The notes under the pieces are model-generated. The model was not told the origin of the DNA. It did not search any database and saw nothing but the letters and a program-made list of their open reading frames with translations. A program made the position numbers and the translations under genes. A stretch of DNA of 64,000 nt, from contig CAWFQK010000006.1 in NCBI GenBank assembly GCA_963817955.1, forward strand, positions 1 to 64,000, given 5' to 3'. Positions 9,542 to 20,011 of the stretch are shown here, piece by piece (the first letter of the stretch is position 1; the number at the start of each line of letters is the position of its first letter). Source of the stretch: an uncultured Gemmatimonadaceae bacterium (GTDB lineage: Bacteria; Gemmatimonadota; Gemmatimonadetes; Gemmatimonadales; Gemmatimonadaceae).

Positions 9542-10179
9542 CCGACGATCGCTTTGACGAATTGATGCGTGATGCACGGGAGACCTATCGGCCCGTGCCG
9601 GAGCCGCCCCTCGATGAGATGTGGAAGGAAATCGAGGTGGCGACGCGGGGGCATGAGACGCGGGACACAGGACACGGGACACGCCGTTTCCGAGTCGTAT
9701 TCTCCCGCATCGCCGGCCTGGCGGCCACGCTCATCGTTGGGGTAGGGATTGGCCGTGCGTCGATCTCAATGGGAGTCGCGCATCCGGACGCCGCCCCGGT
9801 GGCGACGACCGTGGCTGCGGCACATCCCGACAGTTCGCTGGCGCTGCCGTATGAAGTGGAAACGTCCAAGTATCTGGGGCAGACGGCGGCGCTGCTGATT
9901 GCGCTTCCGTCGGAAATGAAAGCGGGACGCGCCGACCAGCGCTTTTTGGGTCGGGCCGGCGATCTGCTGACCACCACGCGACTCTTGCTCGACTCGCCGG
10001 CGTCGAGCGACCCGGCAATGCGCAATCTGCTCGAGGATCTCGAGCTGGTGCTCGCGCAGGTCGTGCACCTCCAGAACAACCAGAGTCGTACCGAATTGGA
10101 TCTCATCAAGCGCGCGCTCGAACAGCGCGACGTTCTTCCGCGACTGCGCACTGCGGTCGCTGACATTTCTGCTGATTGA
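9538..10179 (+). CDS. putative membrane-anchored anti-sigma factor
   Basis: ATGA-coupled to the ECF sigma; short N-terminal domain (PPLDEMWKEI), one TM helix (IAGLAATLIVGVGIG), helical C-terminal domain. Confidence 0.7.
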   Translation: MTDDRFDELMRDARETYRPVPEPPLDEMWKEIEVATRGHETRDTGHGTRRFRVVFSRIAGLAATLIVGVGIGRASISMGVAHPDAAPVATTVAAAHPDSSLALPYEVETSKYLGQTAALLIALPSEMKAGRADQRFLGRAGDLLTTTRLLLDSPASSDPAMRNLLEDLELVLAQVVHLQNNQSRTELDLIKRALEQRDVLPRLRTAVADISAD

Positions 10180-10190
10180 GGAGAAGAGCG

Positions 10191-11777
10191 ATGAAACGCA
10201 TCACGCTCGCCACATTGTTCACGATCACCGTTGCCGCGGCGCCGGTTGCCGTAGCGCAGGATCCCACACCGCCCCCCCGTCCCGCGACGCCCGCGGCGCC
10301 GATGCCCGCGCCACGCCGAGCGATGGCCCCGATGGCCCCGATCGCCCCGCAATGGGTTGACGACGTATCGCGCTCGGCGGCCGAGGCAGCACGCTCGGCG
10401 ATCGACGCGGCGCGCTTCAATTTCGACTGGGCTGGGATGTCGTTCGGCCGCGCCGCGGACGCGTTGTATGGCTCGCCACCGGCCGCCTGGGCACAGGGCG
10501 ATCCAGCGGATTCCGTGTATCGCGTTGCTCGCGACGCGCTGAACCGTGGTGACTACGGACGAGCCGCTCGTTTGTTCGCCAACATCACGCAGACATTCCC
10601 AAAGTCGGCGTATCAAACCGAGGCGCAATACTACGAAGCGTACGCGAGATACAAGATCGGCACGACCGAAGAACTGCGAGCGGCCGCGAAGCTCCTGGAG
10701 CCGCTCGCCACCCGCACGCCCCAGCCGACGACGAGTCGGTCCTATCGGGTCGACTCGTCCCGCCGCTCCGCGGGCGACTCGGAAGTTGCTTCGCTCTACG
10801 CGCGCATCAATGGCGTGCTGGCTCAGCGCGGAGACCGCGACGCCGCGGCGAAGGTCGCACAGGCCGCCGCTCACACCGGCGCGTCGTCGTGTGATCGCGA
10901 AGAGGTCCAGGTCCGTGTCGAGGCGTTGAACGCACTGAGCCAGATGGATCCGCCGTCGGCACTGCCAATGCTCCGGCGCGTCCTCGATAGCAAGGACGAG
11001 TGCTCGAGCGAGCTGCGTCAGCGTGCCGTGTTCATGCTCGGCCGGCGCGGCGATGCGGATGCGGCCACACTGCTCATTGGCACAGCGAAGTCAGATCCTG
11101 CGGCCTCCGTGCGCACGGAGGCCATCAATTGGCTGCCGCGTCTCCAGGGCGACGTCGGCGTGACCGCGCTCGAGGACCTGCTGCGCACCGAGCAGGACGA
11201 GCGGATTCAACGCGCCGTCGTGCGCGCCCTCGTATCGAGCGACAATCAGCGCGCCCGGTCGAGCATGCGTGCGCTGATCGATCGCAAGGACGCGCCTCTC
11301 AACCTGCGCGTCGAGGCGATCAGCAGCTACAACAGCGAGCATGCAACGACCGAAGACGCGGCATACCTGCGTCAGCTTTTCACACGCGCCGACGACGATC
11401 GTATCAAGGAAGCGGTCGTCAGCGCCCTGTCACGCATGGGCGGCCCAGAGAACGATCAGTGGGTGGTTGGTCTGGCGCGCAACAGCAATGAGTCGAGCCA
11501 GGTGCGTGCGATGGCGTTGTCGCGGCTGTCGCGCTCGAACATCCCGGTGAGCGAGCTGGCGAAGCTGTACGACGATGCGGACTCATTCAACGTCCGCCAG
11601 CAAGTGATCAACATTCTGTCGAGTCGCAAGGAGCCGGAGGCGACGGACAAGTTGATCGATATCGTGAAGAACAGCACCGTCATCTCACTGCGCACGCAGG
11701 CAATCAACGCGCTGGCGCGCAAGAAGGATCCGCGCACCACGCAACTTCTCATGGACCTCCTGGACAAGAAACCATGA
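10191..11777 (+). CDS. exported TPR + HEAT-repeat protein
   Basis: GAGGAG RBS, signal peptide (MKRITLATL...AVA-Q), Pro/Ala linker, BamD/YfiO-like TPR (YRVARDALNRGDYGRAARLF...FPKS), multiple HEAT repeats (VRVEALNAL, LRQRAVFML, VRTEAINWL, LRTQAINAL). Confidence 0.8.
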   Translation: MKRITLATLFTITVAAAPVAVAQDPTPPPRPATPAAPMPAPRRAMAPMAPIAPQWVDDVSRSAAEAARSAIDAARFNFDWAGMSFGRAADALYGSPPAAWAQGDPADSVYRVARDALNRGDYGRAARLFANITQTFPKSAYQTEAQYYEAYARYKIGTTEELRAAAKLLEPLATRTPQPTTSRSYRVDSSRRSAGDSEVASLYARINGVLAQRGDRDAAAKVAQAAAHTGASSCDREEVQVRVEALNALSQMDPPSALPMLRRVLDSKDECSSELRQRAVFMLGRRGDADAATLLIGTAKSDPAASVRTEAINWLPRLQGDVGVTALEDLLRTEQDERIQRAVVRALVSSDNQRARSSMRALIDRKDAPLNLRVEAISSYNSEHATTEDAAYLRQLFTRADDDRIKEAVVSALSRMGGPENDQWVVGLARNSNESSQVRAMALSRLSRSNIPVSELAKLYDDADSFNVRQQVINILSSRKEPEATDKLIDIVKNSTVISLRTQAINALARKKDPRTTQLLMDLLDKKP

Positions 11778-13060
11778 ACCGCGCATTCCAGCTCATCTCC
11801 GCCACGGCCCTCGTCGTCGTGGCCGGCCCGGCCGCTCGCGGTCAGTCGATCGGGGACCGGGTCGACGCGGCGCCCGACGGTCGCGTCCAATTCACCTTCG
11901 CCGCGCGCCCTGGCGTTTGTGGTAACGGACGCACGTTCATTCAGACCGGCCCAAACAGCTATTCCGGCGTGTTCTACAATGGCGAAGGCGTGCGCGCCGA
12001 GCCGTGCCTATCCGGACCCGTGCGCGTGGTCATCGACCGGGCGGGCAAGCTCCCGCTGTCGGTGCAGACATACGTCGGACCGGCGGATTCCACGCTGCGT
12101 GCGGTGACGGATCTCGGCCGCGTGCGTAGCCAGGAAGCCGCGGACTATCTGTTGTCGCTCGCGACAAAGATCGACGGCCGAGCAGGACGCGACGCAATTT
12201 TTCCCGCCATGCTCGCCGACAGCGCCAATACCACCCTGACGTTGGTGAGCCTTGCGCGAAACACCGCGCTCCCGCGCGAGACTCGGCGAAGCGCGCTGTC
12301 ATCCATGGGACGTTCGACCGACGGCCTACAAACAATTCCCCAGAGCATCACCGATCCCATTCTTGCAATCGCACACGATGAGAGCGACAACCAGTCCGTG
12401 CGGCAGCAAGCGCTCTCGGTGCTCGCGCGCCTCGATCATGGCGCGGGCATTCCGCCGCTCGTCGAGCTCTCGCGTCAGACACAGAGCACGTGGTTGGCGA
12501 AGGAGTCGATGTCGGCGCTGGCGCGCTCCGGCGACCCGCGCGCTCGACAGTATCTCCGTACCGCGGTTCGGCGCACCGATCTGCCTGACGAGGTACTCAC
12601 CGTTGCCCTGCGCGCGCTCGGCCAGGACTACGCAACCGCGCAGGATGCGGCGCTCCTTCGTACGGTCTATCCCACACTCAAAAGCGACCGCTCGCGCGAA
12701 GCCGTGTTCTCCGCACTAGGCGACATTGGCGGCGCCGAGAATACGAAGTGGCTGTTGGGCGTGGCACAGAACGGAGACGAACCCCTGCAGACCCGTCGCC
12801 GCGCTCTGGAGTCGGCAAACCGCACCGGTGCACCGATCGTGGATCTCGTCAAGCTGTATGACACAACGACCGATCCGTCGATGAAGCAGTCGTTGATCGG
12901 CATGTACATCCGGAACGGCGAGACGCCGGCGGTGGACAAGCTGCTGGCCATTGTGAAGGGTGAGGCAAATCTCAGCGTGCGGCGCAGCGCAATTTCGCAG
13001 TTGTCGCGGTCGGACGACCCGCGTGTCAAGACGGCCCTGCAGGAGCTGGTGGTCAAGTAG
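11774..13060 (+). CDS. exported HEAT-repeat protein
   Basis: Signal peptide, N-terminal beta domain with Cys (RPGVCGNG), HEAT repeats (TRRSALSSM, VRQQALSVL, VRRSAISQL); ATGA-coupled. Confidence 0.8.
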   Translation: MNRAFQLISATALVVVAGPAARGQSIGDRVDAAPDGRVQFTFAARPGVCGNGRTFIQTGPNSYSGVFYNGEGVRAEPCLSGPVRVVIDRAGKLPLSVQTYVGPADSTLRAVTDLGRVRSQEAADYLLSLATKIDGRAGRDAIFPAMLADSANTTLTLVSLARNTALPRETRRSALSSMGRSTDGLQTIPQSITDPILAIAHDESDNQSVRQQALSVLARLDHGAGIPPLVELSRQTQSTWLAKESMSALARSGDPRARQYLRTAVRRTDLPDEVLTVALRALGQDYATAQDAALLRTVYPTLKSDRSREAVFSALGDIGGAENTKWLLGVAQNGDEPLQTRRRALESANRTGAPIVDLVKLYDTTTDPSMKQSLIGMYIRNGETPAVDKLLAIVKGEANLSVRRSAISQLSRSDDPRVKTALQELVVK

Positions 13061-13076
13061 ATCGACGTCCACTCGC

Positions 13077-13105
13077 TTGCGATTGTAGCTACAGTCTGGT
13101 ACACT
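13077..13105 (+). promoter_or_regulatory. sigma70-type promoter with a palindrome in the spacer
   Basis: TTGCGA-N17-TACACT; perfect palindrome TGTAGCTACA at 13084-13093. Confidence 0.5.
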
Positions 13106-13134
13106 GGACCCGCAAATTCCCCTGCCGACGGATC

Positions 13135-13896
13135 ATGAGCGAACCCACTGTACCCACCGTGACTTCCGCGCCTACAGCCCCTACCGCGCCCAAAGCAGCA
13201 CAACCGTCTTTCTTCGAGGACGTAATCGGCATTTTTCTCTCGCCGGCAGACGTATTTCGCCGTCGAGAGAACAGGAGCGTGTGGCCGCCGCTGCTGTTTG
13301 TATCGCTGACGATGGGGGTGATCTTCTTCGCCACTTACAACGTGCTGCAGCCGGTGTTCGACGCCGAATTCACGCGCGGCGCGGCCAAGGCGATAGCAAA
13401 GAATCCGCAGATCACGCAAGAAATGATGGAGAAGACGCGTGGCATGTCCGAAGCGGTCACCAAATGGGGCTTCGGCGTGGTGATGCTCGTTACCATGTTC
13501 ATCCTCGGAAGCGTGGCCTGGTTAGTCGGCAAGGTGGTGGGCGGACGACAGACCTATCAAGCGGCGCTCGTCGTGGCTGCCTGGTCGTATATGCCTCGCG
13601 TTCTCGGCACGGTGCTTTCCGCCGTACAGGGTCTGCTCATGGATCCGGCGAAGCTCACGGGAGCGGCGGCGATATCGCTCAGCCCGGCGCGTTTCATGGA
13701 CCCGGAAACGGGCAACCAACTGTTGATCCAGTTGCTCATGCGCCTGGACCTCATCACGCTCTGGGTGACGGTTCTGCTCGCGATTGGCTACTACGTCACC
13801 GCGAAGGTCTCTAAGAAGCAAGCGATCGTCTTCGGTATTCTGATCTGGATCGTAGGAAGCCTGCCGGCCCTGCGCGCGGGATACATGGCGTCTTGA
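13135..13896 (+). CDS. Yip1-family membrane protein
   Basis: IFLSPADVF N-terminal motif, about 5 TM segments, GG..Y..AL.V.AWSY.P pattern. Confidence 0.75.
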   Translation: MSEPTVPTVTSAPTAPTAPKAAQPSFFEDVIGIFLSPADVFRRRENRSVWPPLLFVSLTMGVIFFATYNVLQPVFDAEFTRGAAKAIAKNPQITQEMMEKTRGMSEAVTKWGFGVVMLVTMFILGSVAWLVGKVVGGRQTYQAALVVAAWSYMPRVLGTVLSAVQGLLMDPAKLTGAAAISLSPARFMDPETGNQLLIQLLMRLDLITLWVTVLLAIGYYVTAKVSKKQAIVFGILIWIVGSLPALRAGYMAS

Positions 13897-13906
13897 CGGA
13901 GTACCG

Positions 13907-15013
13907 CTAAGCGGTGCTGGACGTCCCATTCGGCATGATGATGGCCTTGATCGCCGTGCGATCCTCCACTGCTTTCAAGGCTTCATCCGCTTGGCCAAGC
14001 TCGTAGCGGCCGCTCACCATCTCCTTCCAAGGCTTGAGGTTGCCGTACTTGGCGGTGAGCCCCACCGCGCGGTAGAAATGGTCGTATCGCGACCCCCAGC
14101 AGCCTTTGATTTCGATGTGCTTGCGGTTGAGCTGCCAGTGCGGGTTCAGATCGAATGAGCCGTTGTCCGTGTACTGACCGCAGACGATGACGCGACCTCC
14201 GTCGCGCACCATATCGAGCGCCTGTTTCACCGCATCTGGCGCGCCGCTCGCCTCGATCACTACGTCGGCACCGCGGCCCCCCGTGAGACCGCGCACTCCC
14301 TCCACGCGCGCGCTCGCCGGGAGATCCAGCCCCAGCGTCGCCGTCGCACCCATTCGCCGCGCAAAATCGAGACGGGGGCGCGGCGCGCCAATGGCGATCA
14401 CATCGCTCGCGCCGGATAGCGATGCGAAAGCAACAATGGATTGTCCTACTGGACCTACGCCGAGCACCACGACCGACTCACCGAGCCGGATTTCGGCCAT
14501 GTCTACGGCGTGCAGCGCGGTAACGAGCCCGCAGCCGCCGCCAATGAACGTTTCAGGCGAGAGCTCCTTGGGCAGCTTGATGATCTTCACGCCCGGCTTC
14601 AACCAGATCGCCTCCGACCAGCCGCCAAGGAGACCGTCCTTCGCGCTGTACGTGATGCCGTACACCTTGCGATGCGGACACTTTGTCGGCTGCCGTGCCA
14701 CGAGGCAGTAGTAGCAGTTGTTGCACGTCTCGTGGACGTCGAGGAACGTGACGACGTCCCCTTCTTTTATGGTGTTGCCGTCGATGTCCCGAAGTTTGCC
14801 CCCCGACGCCTCCACGACACCGACCGACACGTGCCCGGGGATGATCGGAAACGGGACGTCGAGCTTTCCATGATAGATGTGCACGTCCGTGCCGCAGACC
14901 TCTGAGTAGAGGGTGTGCAGCAGCGCGGCTCCCGGCTCCAGGTACGGCGTTGGGAACTCCTCCAGGCGAAGCGGCTCATTCGGTCCCGGCATGACCACAG
15001 CGACGTGCATCAT
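13907..15013 (-). CDS. zinc-dependent alcohol dehydrogenase (MDR superfamily)
   Basis: VCGTDVH, PGH, CNNCYYC..C structural Zn site, GVGPVG NAD motif, DVVIEASG. Confidence 0.9.
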   Translation of the reverse strand: MMHVAVVMPGPNEPLRLEEFPTPYLEPGAALLHTLYSEVCGTDVHIYHGKLDVPFPIIPGHVSVGVVEASGGKLRDIDGNTIKEGDVVTFLDVHETCNNCYYCLVARQPTKCPHRKVYGITYSAKDGLLGGWSEAIWLKPGVKIIKLPKELSPETFIGGGCGLVTALHAVDMAEIRLGESVVVLGVGPVGQSIVAFASLSGASDVIAIGAPRPRLDFARRMGATATLGLDLPASARVEGVRGLTGGRGADVVIEASGAPDAVKQALDMVRDGGRVIVCGQYTDNGSFDLNPHWQLNRKHIEIKGCWGSRYDHFYRAVGLTAKYGNLKPWKEMVSGRYELGQADEALKAVEDRTAIKAIIMPNGTSSTA

Positions 15014-15216
15014 TGGCGTAGGGTGTTAGGAGGTCGGGTATGGGGATGGTGGGGACCGACAGGGTCTGACATCGAGGGGGGGCACAGCCGAAATGCTCTT
15101 ACCCTACCCTATACGTATAGACTCTGGGCACAACCAGAATCAACATTTACTTTGACGCCCTCGTATCTGTAGTGTTGTACTCCAGCCACTTCGTCCCTCC
15201 CTCAGCAGGATTCGTC

Positions 15217-18200
15217 ATGCAACGAACCCGTTTGCTCACCGCTCTCGCCGGTGCTGCAGCTGCCATATCGCTGTCTGCACCGGTGTCGGCTCAAACGCTG
15301 GATTCCTCTGTCGTTAGCGCATTCCGCTGGCGCAACGTCGGGCCATCGAACTTCATGGGCCGTCTATCGGACGTCCAGGGCATTCCTGGCCCGTCCAAGA
15401 CGCTCTTCGTGGCCGCGGCCGGCGGCGGAATCTGGAAGTACCTAATAACGGCATCACCTGGCGTCCGCTGTTCGACGACAAGGAAGTCGTCTCCATGGGC
15501 ATGCTCGCGATCGCGCCAAGCGACACGAACATGGTGTGGGCGGGCACGGGTGAGCCAAACTCGCGCAATACTATCGAGCCTGGCGCCGGCGTCTATAAGT
15601 CCACGGACGGCGGTGCGCATTGGTCGTTCATGGGGCTGCGAGAAACGCAGCACATCGGCCGCATTCAGATCGATCCGCGCAACGCGAACGTCGTGTACGT
15701 CGCCGCGCTCGGTCCGGCGTGGAAGTCGGGCGGCGACCGCGGTCTCTACAAGACGACCGACGGTGGCCAGACCTGGAAGCTGATCAAGTGCACCAGCGAA
15801 CACAAAGACCGGCTTCATCGACGTCCAGATCGATCCATCGAACCCGGACGTGCTGTATCTGTCGATGTGGGAGCGCTACCGCACGCCGTACTCGCTCATT
15901 AGCGGCGGCTTCGGTTCCGGCCTCTGGAAGTCTACGGACGCCGGCGCGACCTGGACGGAGATCAAGGGCGGCGGGTATCCCGAAGGCCTGAAGGGCCGTA
16001 TCGGCATCGCGGTCGCACCGAGCAACCCGCAGATCGTCTACGCACTCACCGAAGCAGCGTCGATCGCGCCAGGCCGGATGCAGTTCCAGCGCAATCCCGC
16101 AGGCGAATGGTCTCTACCGCTCGGCGGACGGCGGCAAGACCTGGGCTCGCATGAACACCATCGACACGCGCCCGTTCTACTACTCGCAGGTGCGCGTCGA
16201 TCCAAAGAACCCGGATCGCGTCTACTTCTCGTCCACGGAGCTCCAGGTATCGAACGACGGCGGCAAGACGAACATGAACGCCGCGCAGAGGTGCACGTGG
16301 ACGATCACGGCCTGTGGATCGACCCGAATGATCCGGAGCGCTGGGTGATCGCCAACGACGGCGGCATCGCGATCACGTTCGACCGCGGCGGCAACTTCTG
16401 TATCCGACGCAATCTGCCGATCGGACAGTTCTACGAGATCAGCTACGACTACGCCGTTCCGTACAACATCTGCTCCGGCGCACAGGACAACGGCGCCTGG
16501 TGCGGACCGAGCAAGCGCCGCACCACACCGTCCACGAACACGTACTGGTGCACGATCTCCGGCGGCGACGGCTTCTACACGGCGCAGGATCCTACAGACC
16601 CCGATATGGTATAGGGCGAGTCGCAGGGCGCCGGCGTCCAGCAGACTGAATCTCAAGACCGGCGAGCGCGGCCGCGTGAATAAGCCAACGTGGCAGGAGC
16701 GCTACCGGATGTGGGAGGACTCGATCGCCATCGTCCGCGGCGATCCGCTCGTAGCGGCGGACAAGGCAACGCAAGCGAAGATCGACGCCTATCGCGCGCA
16801 GCAGAAGAAGGATTCTGCGGACATGCAGCTCCGCTTCAACTGGAACTCGCCGTACTTCATCTCGCCGCACAATCCGCCGGTGTTCTACTTCGGCGGCAAC
16901 AAGGTGCTGAAGTCGACGAAGCGCGGCGAGGATCTTTCAGCTCATCTCGCCGGACCTGTCGAAGAAGACCGATCCGGCGCAAGAACGTGAGCGTCTCGCT
17001 CGTTTGGACACGGTGGAGAAATAACCGGCGGCATCACGATCGACGTGACCGGCGCCGAAGCATACGGCACGGTGGTGGCGTTGCAGGAGTCGTACATGAA
17101 GCCCGGGCTGCTCTTTGCGGGCACCGATGACGGCAACATATGGATGTCGCACAACGACGGCGGAAACTGGGAGAACCTCACGCCCAAATTCGTGTCGCTC
17201 GGTGTGCCGCATGACGCATACGTCTTGCGCCTCGAGCCGTCGCACTTCGACACGCTCACGTTCTACGTGGCGTTCGAGAACCATCGCTGGAACGACTTCA
17301 CGCCGTACCTGTTCGCGACGAACGACGGTGGCAGAAGCTTCCACTCGATGGTCAACAACCTGCCGAAGTCGAGCCCGCAGGATTACCTGCACGTGATTCG
17401 CGAGGATCCGCACAACCAGGATCTGCTGTTCGTCGGCAGCTCGCTCAGCGTGTATGCGTCGATCGATCGCGGGCGGACTGGACGAAGTTCGCGACGAACT
17501 TGCCGACGGTGCCGGTGTACGACCTCCAGATTCATCCGCGCGACCACGAACTGATCGCGGCGACGCACGGGCGCAGTCTCTGGATCACGGACATCGCGGC
17601 GCTCGAACAAGTGACACCCAAGGTTGTGGCGCAAGGCACGTATCTCTTCGCGCCGAAGGTAGCGTACGCGTGGGGCGAGCCGCCGCAGATGGCGCTGCCG
17701 GGCAACGGCTATGGACAGAGCGAAATGACGTATGCGAACCCGCCCTACGGCGCGGACATCGTATACCGTTTGGCCTCGGCCGCGCCAGCGAATGTGGCGC
17801 TCATCGTGAGCAACGTCGCCGGCGACACGCTGGCGCGCCTCAGCGGACCGGGCGCCGCTGGCGTGCATCACGTGACATGGAACTTCATGAGCGCGGTACG
17901 TCGGAATGCGGTGCTGTCGCCGAGTCAGCGGCGTGACAGCATCTTGTTGGCGGTTCGCGCGCCAATGGTGCTCGATTCGCTGGCGAAGGCTGGCTATGAC
18001 AGCAATGCCATCAACACAGTGCGCACGCAGGTCCGGGTGCTCACCAACCCGGGCGGACTGGGCGGTGCGTTGGGTGGTCGTGGCGGTGGTGGTGGTCGCG
18101 GCGGCGCGCCTGGCGTTCAGGCATGCGAACATCCGACGACGCAGTGGGAGCAGTTCTGCGCGCGTCCGGCGGAACGCGCCGCTGGTCGTGGTGGTCCAGG

Positions 18201-18558
18201 GGCGCAATTCGGCGTCGACTCGGCCACGGCGGCAGCGTTTGGGGTTGGCGGCAACGCTCCAGCTCCGGCAGCAGCGCCCGCACGCGGAGGCCGTGGCGCA
18301 CGCCAGGCCGCGACGGGTGAACCCATCGATCCCATTGGGCGCATCTGGACGCTCATCGGTATGCCGGCTCCGGCAACGGGTGGTCGTGGCGGTGGTGGTG
18401 GTGGTGGATTTGGTGGTGGCGCCGGCCAGGCACAGGCAAATACCGGCGATTATCTCGTGACCATGACCGTGAACGGACAGACCTACAAGCAGACCTTCCG
18501 AGTCGAGAAGATCAGCGGCGACGGAGACACTGGTTTCTCGTTCGGCCAGAAGAAGTAG
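15217..18558 (+). pseudogene. large exported BNR/Asp-box (VPS10/sortilin-like) beta-propeller glycosyl-hydrolase-like protein, interrupted by several frameshifts and one in-frame TAG (may be sequencing error)
   Basis: Signal peptide, WRNVGP..GR start, repeated SxDGGxTW boxes (KSTDGGAHW, KTTDGGQTW, KSTDAGATW, ATNDGGRSF), GAQDNG, THGR; pieces spread over ORFs 15172, 15495, 15850, 16151, 16676, 17045, 17500. Confidence 0.85.
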
Positions 18559-18568
18559 TACCTCGGGC

Positions 18569-18612
18569 AAGACAAAAGCGGGCCGCGCTATTGCGCGGCC
18601 CGCTTTTGTCTT
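18569..18612. terminator. intrinsic terminator, potentially bidirectional
   Basis: Perfect 20-bp stem AAGACAAAAGCGGGCCGCGC-TATT-GCGCGGCCCGCTTTTGTCTT, 10 nt after the stop. Confidence 0.9.
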
Positions 18613-18730
18613 CCGGTAAGGGTTTCGGCCATTGCCTCCAGAATGCCGAGGCCGCAGCGTATTGTGTGAATGGCTATCTATTGCTTCGCGAAGAAGGTTG
18701 CCGGTCCGGTCAATGCAATCGCGAGGAGGC

Positions 18731-19990
18731 ATGAGCGACCGCAGCAACGACCGCCCGCAGCGGCCCGAGAGTCTGATGATGAGCCACGGCTACGATCCGC
18801 GGCTCTCCGAAGGCGCCATCAAGCCGCCAATCTTCCAGAGCTCGACGTTCGTCTTCGAGAGCGCCGAAGAGGGCAAGGATTTCTTCGCGCTCGCATATGG
18901 CCTCCGCGAGGCGCGGCCGGGTGAAGAGCCAGGGCTCATATACAGCCGGCTGAACAATCCCGATCTCGAGATCCTGGAGGACCGGCTCACGTTGTGGGAC
19001 CGCGCCGAGGCGTGTGCCGTCTTCGAGAGCGGCATGGCAGCCATCACGACCATGTTGCTGGAATTCCTCAAGCCAGGCGACGTGCTCGTGCACAGCGAAC
19101 CGATCTACGGCGGAAGTGACCATTTCATCAAGCACGTACTTCCGCGGTTCGGCATTACTCCGGTTGGCTTCGTGGCGGGTGCTACGCGCGAAGAGATCGG
19201 GGCGACACTCGCATCCGCCGCTGAACTGGGCCGCGTCGGAATGATCTTCCTCGAGACACCGGCCAACCCGACAAACGCGCTCGTGGACATTGCATTGTGC
19301 GCAACGCTCGCCGCGGAGCATGCGACCGGCGATACGCGACCGGTGGTCGCTGTGGACAATACGTTCCTCGGCCCGGTCTTTCAGCACCCGATCGAGCACG
19401 GCGCCGACCTCGTGCTGTATTCGGCGACGAAGTACATCGGTGGCCACAGCGACGTCATTGCCGGCGCGTGCCTCGGGTCGCGCGAACTCGTGGGCCGCGT
19501 GCGCGTGATGCGCACCTTTCTCGGTACCATGGCCAGTCCGTGGACTGGCTGGCTCCTGCTCCGGTCCCTCGAGACGCTGAAGATGCGGATGACCGCACAG
19601 GTGAAGAACGCGCGCTACGTTGCCGACTTCTTAGCTGAGCATCCGAAGGTGGAGCGCGTATACTACCTGGGCCATCTCACGGAAGATGACCCTTCGTTCG
19701 CTCTCTACCGCCGCCAATGTCTCGCGCCCGGTGCGATGATCTCGTTCGACATGGTCGGTGGCGAAGCGCAGGCGTTTCGCTTTCTCAACGCCTTGCGGCT
19801 CGTGAAGCTCGCGGTGAGTCTTGGCGGCACCGAGTCCCTCGCAGAGCATCCGGCGACGATGACGCATTCCGACATTCCGCCTGACGCGCAGGCACGCATG
19901 GGCATCAGCGAGAAGATGGTGCGCCTATCGGTAGGCGTCGAGCATCCCGACGACCTGATCGCCGACCTCGCGCAAGCGTTGGACGCGTAA
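18731..19990 (+). CDS. Cys/Met metabolism PLP enzyme (methionine gamma-lyase / cystathionine gamma-synthase family)
   Basis: GAGGAGG RBS; PPIFQSSTF, YSRLNNP, FESGMAAI, ETPANPT, DNTF, SATKYIGGHSD, AVSLGGTESL. Confidence 0.9.
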   Translation: MSDRSNDRPQRPESLMMSHGYDPRLSEGAIKPPIFQSSTFVFESAEEGKDFFALAYGLREARPGEEPGLIYSRLNNPDLEILEDRLTLWDRAEACAVFESGMAAITTMLLEFLKPGDVLVHSEPIYGGSDHFIKHVLPRFGITPVGFVAGATREEIGATLASAAELGRVGMIFLETPANPTNALVDIALCATLAAEHATGDTRPVVAVDNTFLGPVFQHPIEHGADLVLYSATKYIGGHSDVIAGACLGSRELVGRVRVMRTFLGTMASPWTGWLLLRSLETLKMRMTAQVKNARYVADFLAEHPKVERVYYLGHLTEDDPSFALYRRQCLAPGAMISFDMVGGEAQAFRFLNALRLVKLAVSLGGTESLAEHPATMTHSDIPPDAQARMGISEKMVRLSVGVEHPDDLIADLAQALDA

Positions 19991-20011
19991 GACCCGTTAT
20001 TGCGACGGCTG

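Noticed and set aside
18613..18730. SAM or other riboswitch upstream of the Met/Cys PLP enzyme
   Set aside because: No SAM-I/II core recognised; only a short CTTCGCGAAG palindrome. An Rfam scan would be decisive.
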